A stretch of 64,000 bases of DNA from Azolla caroliniana. Lineage: Eukaryota > Plantae > Polypodiophyta. A program made the translations under genes and the position numbers. This document shows, one piece after another, positions 38,241 to 53,044 of this stretch. The notes under the pieces are model-generated. The model saw only the letters and a program-made list of their open reading frames with translations. It had not been told where the DNA came from and did no database searches. The stretch lies in assembly GCA_043228905.1 (NCBI GenBank), contig JBHGNT010000009.1:16058001-16122000 (forward strand). The letters run 5' to 3'. Each line of letters opens with the position of its first letter. The stretch's first letter is position 1.

Positions 38241-38788
38241 ATGTTCTTTTGTATAACCCTTCTTTTTGTAGAATACGCAGAAAGGATGTTGTCGCTTACA
38301 ATTGCGATCCATGAATTCGTTGGGTGTCTTGCATTTCCCAGCGAGTTGCGACTGCTTAGTCCCGAGCACTTCGTTGGGTTTGTTATGGTCCTTCTTCGAA
38401 GTGCATTGATAGCGAAGAACTATTTCAACGGCCTCTTCGAAGGATTTTGGGTCCTTATCGTGCACTATCCAATGATAGTCCGAATTGGGGATGCCATTGA
38501 CAAAACAAGCTATCAACCAATTGTCCCCTTCTAGACCCAATTTTTGGATTTGGGTTCTAGCATGGTGGACATAATCTTCTAGCGAAGAAAATTTCCGGCT
38601 AGAGAGGTTCATTAATGCTTGTGCTGCCTCGGTTCGAGATGGAGGTTGCAAAAATTGGCCCTTGAAAGCTGTGACAAAATCTGTCCAGGTATCGGGCAAT
38701 TTCCCCAAAGCTCAGAGCAACCGGGTGGCGGCCTTACCCCCTAGTTCTCAGCTGACATATGCAATCTTCGTACTATATGGTGTGGGAT

Positions 38789-41700
38789 TGACCAGAATAG
38801 TACTGAGACAGAGAGGAGATTAGTACTAAGAGATGAAGATTACTACTAAGAGGAAAAGAGGGTGTAGAGAGAGAGAGTGAGAGTGAGAGTGAGAGTGATG
38901 ATGACAAAAGATATATTATGTAGAAAGAGTATACAAGAATAGCTAGGAGGCTTAAGACTGGTGTTGAACCAATTTGGTTTGAAATAATGCCTTGTGCCTC
39001 CTTATATAGTGTTTTCAAGAGTACTCCTGAAGTTTCTAGAATGTTCCAGAGAAATCTGGAATATACATCAATTTTCTATAATGAAATAATAAATGAAAAT
39101 AATATTTTTCATATTACAATGTATAGTCTAATGGCAAGGGCTCGACCCATGTAACATAAGGTCATGGGTTTGAATCATGCCATATCATAACACTATCCCC
39201 CCTTTAAAACGATGAGTGTTACGAGTCATTTTGGATTGGGGACCCGGTTTGTCTGGATATTGACGATGTAAGTCTTCAAGAAGAGCACAAGCATTGGTCA
39301 CATTCTCTATTGGTTCCCAAGTATGCTCGTTGGGACTATATCCTAGCCAATCGACCAAATAGTAGAGCTTGTTGCGAACAATCTTGGAATCAAGGATGGT
39401 GGAAACCTCATACTCGGGTCCATCTTCAAGTTCGATCGAGGGTGGAAGTGGTTTGATACAACCTGGGATAGTGTTGTCCTGATAGGGTTCTAGAAGAGAA
39501 CTATGAAATACCGGATGTATTCGTAGTTGCGATGGTAGGTCGAGATGAAAAGCGACATCATTAATTTTTCTGATAATACGGAAAGGACCTAATCGTAGGA
39601 TCTAATTTATCGTATGGGCGAGTAGTCTTGATGTGTCTTCATAATAGCCATACTTGATCTCAATGTTAAAACTGGATGGAAGCCGATGACGATCCGCATA
39701 ATCCTTGTGTGTTTGTTGAGCTTGTTGTAAATGAGTAGATAAATCCGCTTGTATCTTGTGTAGCTGCCCCAAACGATCCTCTGCACAAGGATTTGTGGGT
39801 AACTCCAGAGTTTCGAATACACACCACCAGGGATGATAGCCCATGTAAGCATAAAATGGTGTAACCTTAGTTGATGAGTGGACAGAGTTATTATATGCAA
39901 ATTCGGCGAAGTGGAGAATATCCGCCCAGTCATCTTGGTGATAGCTTGGGAAACACCGAAGATATTGTTTGATTTGTTTGTTTTTCTTCTCCGTTTGTTT
40001 GCGGATGGTAACTAGAGGAGAGGTTACAAGTGACCTTCAGCATTTTGAAGAGGTGTTTCCAGAATTTCAAGACAAACTGAGGTCTGCAGTCGCTGATGAT
40101 ACTATCAGGGAGACCATGATGCCGACATACCTTACCCATGACAGTTTCGGCGGTTTCTTCACTAGTGATTTCCTTAGTACATGGCAGGAAATGGGCCATC
40201 TTCATATATCGATCTACTACTATTAAGATCGCATCGAATCCCTTAGAAACTGGAAGATCTGTGATGAAATCTAGAGCAATGGATTGCCACGGGTGGCTTG
40301 GAATTGGTAATGGTTCCAATAAACCATATGGATGATGTTTTGGCATCTTTGCTCTGCAACATGTATCACATGTCCGAACATAATCTTCGACAAATCAGCG
40401 CATATGGGGCCACCAGAATGATCATTGTACTAAATCTAATGTTTTAGTACTACCAAAATGCTTAGTTGTATATGTGTCATGAAAATTTTGGACTACTCGA
40501 AGGCGACAAGAATCATTAGGAACATACAAGGGCCTCTTAAAGACTAGTAATCCATCATGACATTCGAAGTGTCAATAGTCCGTACCTGGTTGTTGCGACT
40601 GTGAACAAGATGCCCAATAAGGGTCAATTTGTGCTAGAATGACTTCAACGAAAGCATTTGTCTTCAAGTCCTCACGTATGGTATCAATAATGTGGGAATC
40701 CAATGGCATATCGAAAACCCATGTTGCTTGTAGTCGTGTTGGTCCCAGGATTACTTGCTTTCGGTTATCGAATGATGGCTCACTAGCACGCAGTGCTAGA
40801 TACAAGTGTCACGATAATGCATCTGCTTTCCTTGCTGCTTTCCAGGACGATATGTAATTTTGAAGTCGAAATGAGTGAGGAATTGAAGTCGATTTAATAC
40901 ACGAGCATTCTGGAAGTAGGCAAGATTTTTGTGATCACTGAATACGGTGACTTGATGAGAAGATCCCTCTAGAAAATGCCTCCATTGCGTAAAAGAGTCC
41001 ACCATTGCTAATAGCTCTTTATCGTGAATTTCATAGTTGATTTTGGCGGCGTTAAACTTGCGTGGCTGGAAAGCCACAGGATGTAGCTTTTCATCATTGC
41101 CTTGTTGTGAAAGAATGCTACCCAACGCGAAATCCGACGCGTCTGCCTCAATGATGAATGGTTTTGCCGGATCAACATGAGCTAGAATAGGAGCTGATGT
41201 AAATGCCTTCTTAAGCCTCTCAAAATCCATGTCCGCTTCTTTAGACCAAACAAACGACTCACCCTTCTTGGTAAGTTGTGTGAGAGGCAGAATAAGCTTT
41301 GAGTAATCCTGTATAAACTTGCGGTAGAAATTCGCAAAGCCTAAAAAGCATTGCACATCTCACAACGAACGTGGAGTCTGCCACTCTACCACAGTTTTGA
41401 CCTTAGCTGGATCTATAGAGATGCCTTCCGAGGAGATGATATAGCCTAGAAATTCCACCGGGTTGCACTCGAAGCTACATTTTTCTTGTTTTGCATAAAG
41501 ACCATGTTCTCGAAGCCATTTTAATACTAACAATACATGAGAATCATGCTCTTCTTGGGTCTTCGAATAAACCGGTAGATCATCCAAATAGATGATCAAA
41601 CAAACATCCAAGAGATCTCAGAATATATCATTTGCCATGTGTTGGAAGACTATTGGTCATTAGAGAGACCGAATGGCATGACTGTGTACTTGAAGTGCCC

Positions 41701-44132
41701 ATATCTAGTGCGAAACGTGGTCTTCCATTCATCTCCTGGTCGGATCCATACGAGGTTATATGCTCCCCATAAGTCAATCTTTGTAAAAAACCTTGCACCA
41801 TTTATCCGTTCTAAGAGACTTGAGATAAGGGGAAGTGTATACCTATTCTTGATGGTGACCTATTCAAGCCGCGGTAGTCTACGATGAGACGAAGTGATTC
41901 ATCTTTTTCTTAAAGAAGAAAATGGGTGTGACGGCTGGAGATTTCGAATGTCGAATGAAACCGTTCGCCAAATTCTCCTCTATATAGGCTCGAAGGATTT
42001 CTAGCTCAGTTGGTGACAAATTGTAGATCGGTCCCCATGGTGGCTCTTTTCCCGGTTGTAAATCGATGCGGCAATCATACGGTCGGTGGTGAGGAAGTGT
42101 ATTGGCTTGTACCTTATCGAACACATCAACATACTGACAATACTTCTCTGGAAGTTGAACTGTGGATTCCTCTTTAGTAGTGTTGGAAGGTTTTACTGAT
42201 ACCGTGAAGACAAACATTGCTTCCTTGCGTCCTTCCTCACACAATTGTTGTAGCGAAATTGTTGCAATCTTATGAGTAGATCCTCGGATTTGTCGATACC
42301 GGATTTCTCTTGTTCTCCAATCTATATCTGGGTTATGTAATTCGAATCACGGTAACCCCAAGACAATTGGATGATCTAGACTACTAATTATATTAAATGA
42401 TACTACACACACCAAGTTATCTAGGACAACTTGAATCGGCTCTGACTCCTCTATGATTTTTCCGGAAGTAATGGGACGAACATCAATAACTACTACAAAT
42501 GTTGGGCAAGAAAGTTTTCTTAGGGATATATGATGAGCTTGGGCAAAATTCCTATCCATGAAGCAAGATTGGGCTCCGGAATCTAAGAGTCCTAAGACAT
42601 GTACTGGAGGAGTATTTTTAGTGCTAACCATTACTTGAGCTAAGAATACATTGCTAACTTGCTTAGAGGAAATGGAACCACTAATGGGCTACACAGATCT
42701 AGGGTTGTCCAACCAAACGGCTCCTATTTTGGCTGGACTTAATCATTTAACTCTTCTTCTAGTTAACTAAGTATTTCAAATTTGTTTGAAAGGCTTGGGC
42801 TATTAGGACTATCAGACACACCTAGAGAAATAGACTCGGGTTTCGTACTATTAGTACTAGCGGTTATTTGATTTACCTGCCTTCTTGGCCGATGGGGACA
42901 GTTCACTACAATATGCCCCCGTCCACCACAATAAAGACATAATCGATTTGCCCAGCGTCGCTGCTTTTCTTCTTCCATTAGTGGTCCGCAACAACATGTC
43001 GTGTCAATTTCCATTGGATTCAGAGTATTTGTTGGAGACGTATTAAATGACTCCCTTGGGAAAGGCTTTGCTACAACTGAAGCGTAGGTGGGCTCCTCAG
43101 AATTTGAAACTAACATTCCAAACGTCGTTCGAAGAGGCGATTATTGCATCGTATTGTGCGACTGATTGCTTCTGTCAATGACTTTGGTTATTTGGGGAAG
43201 GTCAAGAGTAAATCCTTGACATCGTTACGTAGGCCATAACGAAATTGATCCATTAATGCTTGGTCATCCTAGGGGATATCGGAGGCGAGTAGACGGAAAT
43301 CTACAGCGTATGGATTTGAATGACTAATCATACCTGATTAAGGAATCCTCTAAATTGTGATCGTGTTCCATCAAATTCAATAGGAAGGCCGTTTTTGGGT
43401 TCTTTATAAATCCCTTGCGTACTTAGTCCTTGTTGTTGAACGCTACAATGGTCACTTCAAGTTGTTGCACGCGTAACGCTAGTTCCCCATGTTGTTGTTG
43501 TGTCTGCTGCTTTTCTAAGGAGATTTGTTGAAGATCCCCCAACGGTCGTTGATTTTCTTGTTCCAAAATGAGAAACTTCTCTTTCAAGCATTGCAACTCC
43601 GAGAAAACGGATTGATATTCTTGAGCGCTAATAGTGGCCATAGTTTGAGAGAAAAGAGGAATAAGAGATTATTATGAAGGGAGGGAGAAGTAAGAAGATA
43701 AAAGGAAGAGGAGGAAGGAGAAAAATCGGTTCAAACTGTCAAGAATAGTACTAAGACAAAGAGGAGATTAGTACTAAGAGATGAAGATTAGTACTAAGAG
43801 GAAAAGAGGGTGTAGAGCATGAGAGAGAGAGAGAGAGATGATGGCAAAAGATATATTATGTAGAAAGAATATACAAGAATAGCTAGGAGGCTTAAGATTG
43901 GTGTTGAACTGGTTTGGTTCGAATTAATGCCTTGTGCCTCCTTTTATAGTGTTTTCAGGAGTACTCCTGAAGTTTCTAGAATGTTCCAAAGAAATCTGGA
44001 ATATACATCAATTTTCTATAGTTAAATAATAAATGAAAATAATATTTTTTGTATTATAATGTATAGTCTAATGGCAAAGGCTCGACTCATGTAACATAAG
44101 GTCATGGGTTCGAATCTTGACATATGATGATA
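38789..44132 (-). mobile_element. Tcn1/Tf-like chromovirus copy B (older, many stops and frameshifts), inserted in the host gag
   Basis: LTRs 38789-39192 and 43737-44132, TSD GGGAT, same PBS (43723-43734) and PPT as copy A; colinear gag/pol fragments. Confidence 0.95.
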
Positions 44133-46577
44133 GGGATAGCTCAAAATCAGACTCCCATCGGCCCAACCACGTGTAGATTGTTTCTACGATTCTTTCCTTT
44201 TTTTCTCCCATAAATGGCTTTACGACAAATGATGGTTCACCCTGACGCTCATCGGATCTATTAGTGTCACGTTGTAAACTAATGACACGTGCCTCGAGAG
44301 CACTTTGAGATTGCCGAAGTTCAAACATCTGATGAGCGGTTGAACTAAGGAAATTTTGTATTTGTAAGAAATACGACTCAATGGAGATTGGTCTAGGAGG
44401 ATTTCCTTGAGTTCCTTCCGCTTGAGCGGATGACATCAGGTCGTTATTCTGAGCCATTGAATGATAATTTCTGGCAAAGAAAGAGGATAAGGTCCGACAA
44501 ATAGTCATAACATCATGTCGTGATGTAAACATATCATGGGCCAATATTAATCGATATCATGATCTCACGTCAATATCCCTCTAGACATATGAGATGAGGT
44601 TCAAGACCAGGTTACTATGGTAACACAAAGGTGTTTTAAAAACCATGGGGGTGACAAATGAATGTCTTTCCCTGATCTCTATATAGATTTTTTCATGGCG
44701 GCTCCCCGAGGCTCAACCATGTATGTTTGCGTCATGAATTGTTTATACACGAAAAAAATGTTAACAATAAACTATGTTTTTGTGCTCACGTATGTGGTTT
44801 CGGCTCTTTAAGTCCTATTACAAGGACCCCGAAGTGCACTTAGACCTAAAGTCTAAACATGTATTATAGTCATATGTATCAACAATGATGTATGGTCTTG
44901 GTCATATTTGAACTCGAGACCTCGAGAACAAATGTATTAAACACTTGACCTAACCAAATAAGTTGCTCGTGTTGAATGTTTAATGTTTTATGCGTATAAG
45001 AGATATGCGAGGCATTTGCCCATGTTTTTTTAAAAGAAACATATATGTTAAGAGTCCTTATTTCCCTCTTGTTTACCACAAACTATGTTGGTACATTACC
45101 TAACCTCAAGTCTCATAATTACGATGGCATATGCCCAAAGTGCAACCAAATGGTCAAGCCAAATGAGCCCTCTTTTCGTAGTAGGCCCACGTGGCCCATC
45201 ACATGGTTACGTCATTACGAATGCCTTTCGTAAGAATGATCTCATGGTGGCATCGTGTCCATGTAATGAGGGAGGGATATTGGATATGTATGTCATAGGA
45301 GCGACCTCACATGAAGTGGGTCAAGCCCTACGTTCTCAACATCATTGTGGCTATGATCGTTTCATTACGTAACAAAATCGAAGTGACCAACGGGGATGTC
45401 AACAAAAAAAATGTTGAAAAAAGGATGATGACTACGCCATTCTCACAAAAATGTGAGGACGGCCACCAAGATCCTTTCCCCGAAAAGGACAACATTCGAT
45501 ATAGAAATCACGTTATAACTAACATACACATATGTATATTTATCACATATATACGATCAAATATGTATACATGTGACCACATATGCGTATATTAAAAAAA
45601 ATCGTAACATCAAATAGCCAACAATGATGTAATCGAGATACGTAATCGAGGCATATAGCCTCTACGCACACAAAACATCCAAAAATAAGGGTTAATCGTA
45701 ATACACAATTGAGGTATTGACCTCTTACGCGACACCAAACGCATATCATTTACTTAGAAATACGCATACATAACATTTGTATGTGAACGTAATACGCAAT
45801 TGAGGTATTAACCTCCTACGCATACGACACGAATCACATATCAAATATATGTCAAATCAGGTATTGACCTCATACACATATGTAAATGTTTTATACAATC
45901 AATTAATTACCACTACAACATCATTGAATCAATAAACAAAAAAAACATATTGACTATACATGAATAGATTGGGAGAAGAAACAGTAGAAAAAAACAACAA
46001 GAAAGAGTTACCGAAGTTCCTTTGTTGATCGCTATCTAGATCAAGGCCGACCGCACGTCGATCGATCACCATCCATCAAGAAGACAACAAAAACCAACAC
46101 ATTAGAAACATAAGCACTAATACCAACTGTTAGAGCAATGGTCTAATGTAAGCATATGATAAGGATAAAAACATAGATAGATAGAAAGGAGAGAGAGAAA
46201 GAAGGATGCCGATCAACCTAACCATCCCCGAGCGAAGGGATTACGGACTCAAGCCTCAATCGGCGTCCCATACCACCGTTGCGGCGTCAAGTTGTACCTA
46301 GTTCTGGCGCGCTTGCTACAAGAGTTGACCCACCACGAAACAGAGTCTCGACGTATTCAAGAGATGATGAAATGAGGGTAGTTGGGCCTCATATTTATAG
46401 CGAGACCCAAGGCCCCCAGGCAAGTTCACACTTGACCCAATGGGTTGTCTCAATCCCGAGGATTAAAAGTAATCCTCCCCTTCTTTACACTCTCGTTTAA
46501 CCCTCACACTTATCCACATGTATAGAATACTACGGTAAATTCTCACCACGGGATATTATATGGTCATGCTCGTAACA

Positions 46578-48555
46578 GGTCGGGTGATGGTTAGATAGAT
46601 TAGGCTTCCAACTAGCTGTCGATAGTGAGTTGGCTCACACTCTTCTGTGCTAGACTCGGTATCTAGCTTTAGGTTTCGATCGAGAGGGGTAGTGACTGGC
46701 TTACACTTTGTCATCCCTAGAAATTAATGGAGCTCCTTCATGTCTTTCATTTCAAATCGGCCGGAGAGTAGCTTTTTGATATGACTTATATATGCTAAGT
46801 GCTCTTCTCCAATGACCAAATCGTCCACATATATTATGATAAATAATTGTCCTCTAGAGTTGCTCCGGATGAACATAGAGTTGCCGGACTTGGAGATTTT
46901 GAAGCCAATTTGGTGAAGATATTGGGTTATCTTTGAATGACATGCTCTAGGTGCCTGTCTGAGGCTGTAGAGAAGCTTTTTGAGTCGGCATACCGCTTGT
47001 GGGTGTGTGCTCGACTTGAACTAGGTGGTTGTACTATGTACACCTCCTCCTCTACTTCGCCTTGGAGAAAGGCATTCTTAACGTCCATTTGGTGGAGGTG
47101 CCACCCTTTGGATGCTACGAGCGCTATCATGGTTCGAATGGTAGTCATCTTTACCATCGGGGCAAAGGTCTCCTCATAGTTGACACCGTGTGTCTGAGCA
47201 TAGCCCTTTGCCACTAGTCGGGCCTTATACCGATTGACGGTGCCATCGGCGTTGTGCTTCACTTTGAATATCCACTGACATCTAATTGCCTTTTGGTGGT
47301 GTGAAGAGGGGACAAGATCCCATGTCTCGTTCTTAGAGAGTGCTTGCATCTCCTCATTCATCACTTCGACCCACCGCAAGTCCTTCGCGGCTACAAAGAA
47401 GTTTTCCAATTCCCAAACTATCGCCACCTTCATCATAAAGACATAGTGATATGCCATGTAGTCGTTGTAGACGAATCGGCTAATTGCATTCTTTTCTCGG
47501 GTGGAGCGACGTGGTGGTTCACTTGTCTTCATGAACACTTTCTTGGCTCCTGGTGTCCTCATGATAGGAACATCCAATCGACCGTACTCACTGTCGAGTG
47601 AGTGAGCCGATTCATTTCCATCCGAGTCTTCATACTCAGGCATTTTGGCATTTCCTTTGTCCGATTTCGGACTTGGTCGCGACATGTGGTGGTCACTCAA
47701 TGGCTCATGTGGTCCACTCAATTTGGTTGAGATTGGACTCTCCTCTAGCGTGAGCTGTAGTCGACCATCCTCCTCTGAGTCTATTATAGCAAGATCAGTT
47801 TTGATTGGATCGGATGGGGCTAAGTCGATTGTGTACCAAGATGCTGATTCGTTGAATACTACATCCCAAATCACTCTTACCTTCCTGGTGGAGGGGTTGA
47901 AACACTTATACCCCTTTTGTTCGAGTGAGTACCCTAGGAGGATACATTTCTCCGACTTGGAATCAAGCTTTTGCCACTTTTCGTTAGGAATATGTACGAA
48001 TGCGATAGAGCTTAATATCCTGACGTGGGATGGGTTCGGCTTCTTTCCATAGAACTTCTTGTGGGGGGTAATATTGTTCACCCTGGATGTTGTGCACTAA
48101 TTCATTAGATAGACGGTTGTGTTAGCTACTTCAACCCAATATGATTTTGGCAGATGTTTCTCATTCATCATCGCCCTTGCCACCTCGAGTATGTGTCGGT
48201 TCTTTTGTTCGGCTACTCCGTTCTGTTGAGGTATGTGTTGACAAGTAAACTCCTACCGGATTCCTTCTTGTCGAAGGTATGTTGTGAAGGTGTTGGAGAA
48301 GTACTCTTTGCCACATCTGATCGTAGGCATTAGATGTGTCAACCGGTTGCCTTCTCGACTTCGTTTTTGAATTTTGGCGCATACGGAATATCCCGGTGTG
48401 CCTGGAGAAGTTGTCGATGAACGTCACATAATACCGGCAATCACAAAATGTTGTCGTCTGGGTTGGTTTCGACACATCTGAATGTATCACATCAACGGTT
48501 CCTTACTCACATTCTTGTCCTTTGGGAACGGTTATCGATGTTGTTTGCCCAGATA
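46578..48555 (-). mobile_element. Copia integrase-RT remnant
   Basis: ORF 46927-48081 with YKARLVAKGY and QMDVKNAFL; YVDD-like motif near 46825; integrase remnants to ~48550. Confidence 0.85.
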
Positions 48556-48625
48556 ACCATGTCACTCATTCAAGCTCTCATGTATGAGAATTTACATGTA
48601 AAATGATCAAAGCAAAGCTTTTGAA

Positions 48626-48704
48626 GATATGACTTGGCTTAGTGGTAAGCATATTGACTTTCAACTTGGAGGTGCAAGGTTCAAGCCTTGCTCACATCCC
48701 TTTT
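48626..48704 (+). ncRNA. tRNA-derived sequence (Glu-TTC-like pseudogene or SINE head)
   Basis: A-box TGGCTTAGTGG (48635), D-stem GCTT/AAGC, loop CTTTCAA, T-arm GCAAGG-TTCAAG-CCTTGC, acceptor GATATGA/TCACATC, followed by TTTT. Confidence 0.6.
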
Positions 48705-49264
48705 AAAACACAAAATAGTACTAGGCTTTTGGTCTTGTATTTAAACTGAAAATCTTCAAAACACCATGCACCACGATCAACCGACCGATTCAATCCGATC
48801 CGATCCGATCCTGTCTGTCGCCATCGTCGTCTCGCCGGCTCCGTCTGGTCGGCCAAAACCTTTACAAGTAGTTAGACCACACCCATTCATCCAATTAGTT
48901 TAGCTCAAGTCACCTTGAACATTCTATGATCCACTCATAGACACAAACTAATAGATTTTGGCCCTAGTTATTTAATCTAGGATCCTTATTTATCCTGTCT
49001 ATGTGGGATATCTCGTAGTTTTGTTTTGCTCTTCTTCTTCGCAAACTTCATACCCACATAACTTGCCACTTAGTTGTTCGTTTCTTATGTGGTAAAGTGT
49101 ATTCGAAAGCTCTTGAAGACCTCCATCTTTTTGTACCAAGATATTAAACTAGTATAAAATAGTATCTTCACTATTATTGTTTTATGTTGTGTGTGAAGAA
49201 CCACACTCGATTTTGTACTGTATTCCATTCAATTTTCACCAAGTTGGCGAAAATCTTTACGACA

Positions 49265-51971
49265 CCGGAAACAGTCGAAGACTCCACTCTTCTTTTCTAT
49301 CAAGTAGATCCAACTATGTCAACTATAGTCATTAATGAAGGAGACGAAGTATCGACTCCCGCCTAGGCTCAAATTCTGTGTCGGTCCCCATACATTTGAA
49401 TGTATTAAGTCGAGCTTATTTCGTCTCCAATTTCACTCATTGGGGAATGGAAGTTGGTGTTGCTTCCCTAGCTGGCTAGCTTCACATACTTGGGCCTTCT
49501 AACCACTAAACTTCGGCAATCCGAACACTACTTGTTTCGATTGAAGTTCTTGAAGTCTTTGATATTTGACATGGCCAATCCGCTTATGCCATAAGTCGAT
49601 GTCTAACTCGACTTTTTGTCCTTTGGTGAACAGAGCGGTGCCAACGTCATTTGTGTCGAGGATTAACATCCTCCCTTCCCGGCGCCCTTGCGCAATGATC
49701 TGACCCTCTTCTTCGATGAAGCACCCAAGGTGGGTGAACTGGACTTGCATCCCTTGGTCGACGATCTGGCCAACAAACACCAAGTCCTTTGTGATCATCG
49801 AGACGTGCAACACATTCATAAGTCTCCCCTTCTGTCCAACGTGACTTAGGGAAACATCGTCGACATGTTCGATCGGATGCGAAGGTGTTGTCTCCGATTT
49901 CGACAACTCCTGATTGTTCTAGTTTCTCCAAGTATGAGAACCACTCTTCATGGCTCGTCATGTGATTTGATGCTCCATAGTCGACATACCACACCTCGTT
50001 CGATTTCATGGTGCTCTTCTTCACCAAGTTTGCCTTGTGCTTCATCACAAAGGTTGGGCCCTTTCCAGTTTTGGGTCCTTCCGACCCTTCGGCGTAGTGC
50101 GAATGCTGTTGATTTCCATGTTCGGCTCTACTGGATCTGGATTTGTTCGAATCGCACTCTTCTTCTAGCACTCGTTCTCTCGGTGGCCCTTCTGGCCACA
50201 GTACCAACATTTTGTTTCAGCTTTGCTTGCCGGTTTCCGGTGTCGCTTGACTTTGCTCTTGTCAACTACCACCATTGCATGCCAATCCACCTCGTCCGCC
50301 ACGACCACGGGGCCAATCTTCCTGTGTACAACATTCGATTGTCGGATTGTGTCCTTGATGCACCCATGTGGTTTTCTTCGACCAAAAGCATTAATTATAG
50401 GTCGAAAAATGACAGTGACTTCTCTCATGTGCAAATAGCTGTCTGGATCAGCTCGTACCTTTGCGTTAGACCACCGAGGTAGATCTGCACCATCTCGTCC
50501 TCATCCACCGTCACGTTGACGGACCCTAGGGCGTCGCAGATCCCCTTGATCTTTGTAGTGTAGTCGATCATCGTCATATCCTTTTGTCTAATATTGTTGA
50601 GCTCCTCCCAGAGCTGCAACTTCCGGGCCATGGTACTCATAACGAAAATATTCTTCAGATTTTCCTAGGACTCCTTCGACGTCTTTGCATCTCGAATAGC
50701 ATTTGGTCGTGCACAAAAGATGCAAAGTAGTACAAAACTCTGCTCGCCACCTGTTCCCAGGCCGGAAAATCCTTGTGCGCCGAATCCGGTGCTACTTTGT
50801 TTAACCCTTCCACATTGCTCCAGTAATTGTGCCCAACCAGGTACTGGTGCATCTTGTAGGACCAAGATGCGTAGTTGCCCCGTAGAGCTTTTCGGTTGGA
50901 AGTGGGTTTGCCATGCTCCTGTCCATTTTCTTCTTCTGTTTGTTCTTACCGGGTGTTAGGGTTTGTCTGTGTTTCAACTCTTGTTGGCATCAAAGGATTC
51001 TCAACCCTCGCACTCTGATACCATGTAAAGATTACAATGCGAAAGCTTGAACAGACACAACCGGCTTTGCCGGACAACAACAGAAAACCCAAAGAAAACA
51101 ATGGAGAGAGAACACACAGTATGCGAGAGAGATAGAGAGCATAACACAAAAATGTTAGGATCATGATCAGCCACAACCGGTTTCTCGTATACGTATTCGG
51201 GTGCAAAGAAACGAGTAAGACAATGCTCAGACAGAAGGACAAACAGAAAACAGAAGTACAAGATATTTAATGTGGAAAACCTGAATGGGAAAAACCTCAA
51301 ACTCCAAACTAAATCACTATGTCGAGAGGAAGTACAATAAGAAACTCTAAAGCAACGACCTCGAGATCTTCTTCGTCTGACAGATAGACGGTTACAAAGT
51401 AGATATTCACTAACTCTCACTCTCTCACACACACAGTTATAGAGGCAATGACCTCGTCAATAACTATACAACTATGATTAACTACAAAATGATTCAACTC
51501 AACTCCATAAAGTTTTCCCTAGTTGTATTTATACTAAATTTAACTTTCTAGGCTATTTACATTAAGACTATTTACAAAATTAGTCTCCCAAATCGGCTAT
51601 TAAATCGATCATTCGATTTGTCGATTTTCGGCCTTGGCCGAATTTCCTATCTACTCTCTATTCGATTTGGCTCATACTCTTCCCATCCGAAGGGACCTAT
51701 TTCCCAACAAAAAACTCAATTTCAAAAATAATACTCTATGTATATACAAATGTGCTCACTGAGCACTTTTATACAAGTCCATGAAGGACGGTCAGAAGTA
51801 CTGACAAGTAATTCAATGCTCATAGCTGAGCTACTGACACTAACTGCTAGGAATATAACTACCTAGTAGTCTAGGATCGTAGACTTCTAATGGCCTACCG
51901 ACTCACGCGTGGATCCGGCTCTCGGCTTGTTCAGCCGATCCGGCCCATGTTGAGCTTGCTCACTCAAGACA
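49265..51971 (-). mobile_element. 5' part of a copia element: LTR 51024-51971 (interrupted), PBS, gag/PR/integrase remnants
   Basis: PBS TGGTATCAGAG at 51013-51023; CWYCGQKGHRENEC, WYVDYGASNHM, LWHKRIGH; LTR homologous to the solo LTR at 1134. Confidence 0.85.
51153..51709 (-). mobile_element. Solo LTR of the Tork-like family inserted inside another LTR
   Basis: tgttagg...cccaaca, TSD AAAAA; shares gccacaacc, gtggaaaacc..gggaaaaacc and gcaacgacctc motifs with the copia-1/2 LTRs. Confidence 0.85.

Positions 51972-53044
<1,073 letters not shown>

Larger units (their letters stand above)
35620..46577 (-). mobile_element. Degenerate tRNA-iMet-primed Ty3/gypsy chromovirus with nested insertions
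   Basis: LTRs 35620-36075 and 46128-46577, PPT after 36075, degenerate PBS TGGTATTAGTGC at 46114-46125; gag pieces ~44138-44460 and ~38240-38783; integrase [18 protein letters not shown] and decayed chromodomain at ~36110-36446; flanks do not form a TSD. Confidence 0.85.
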
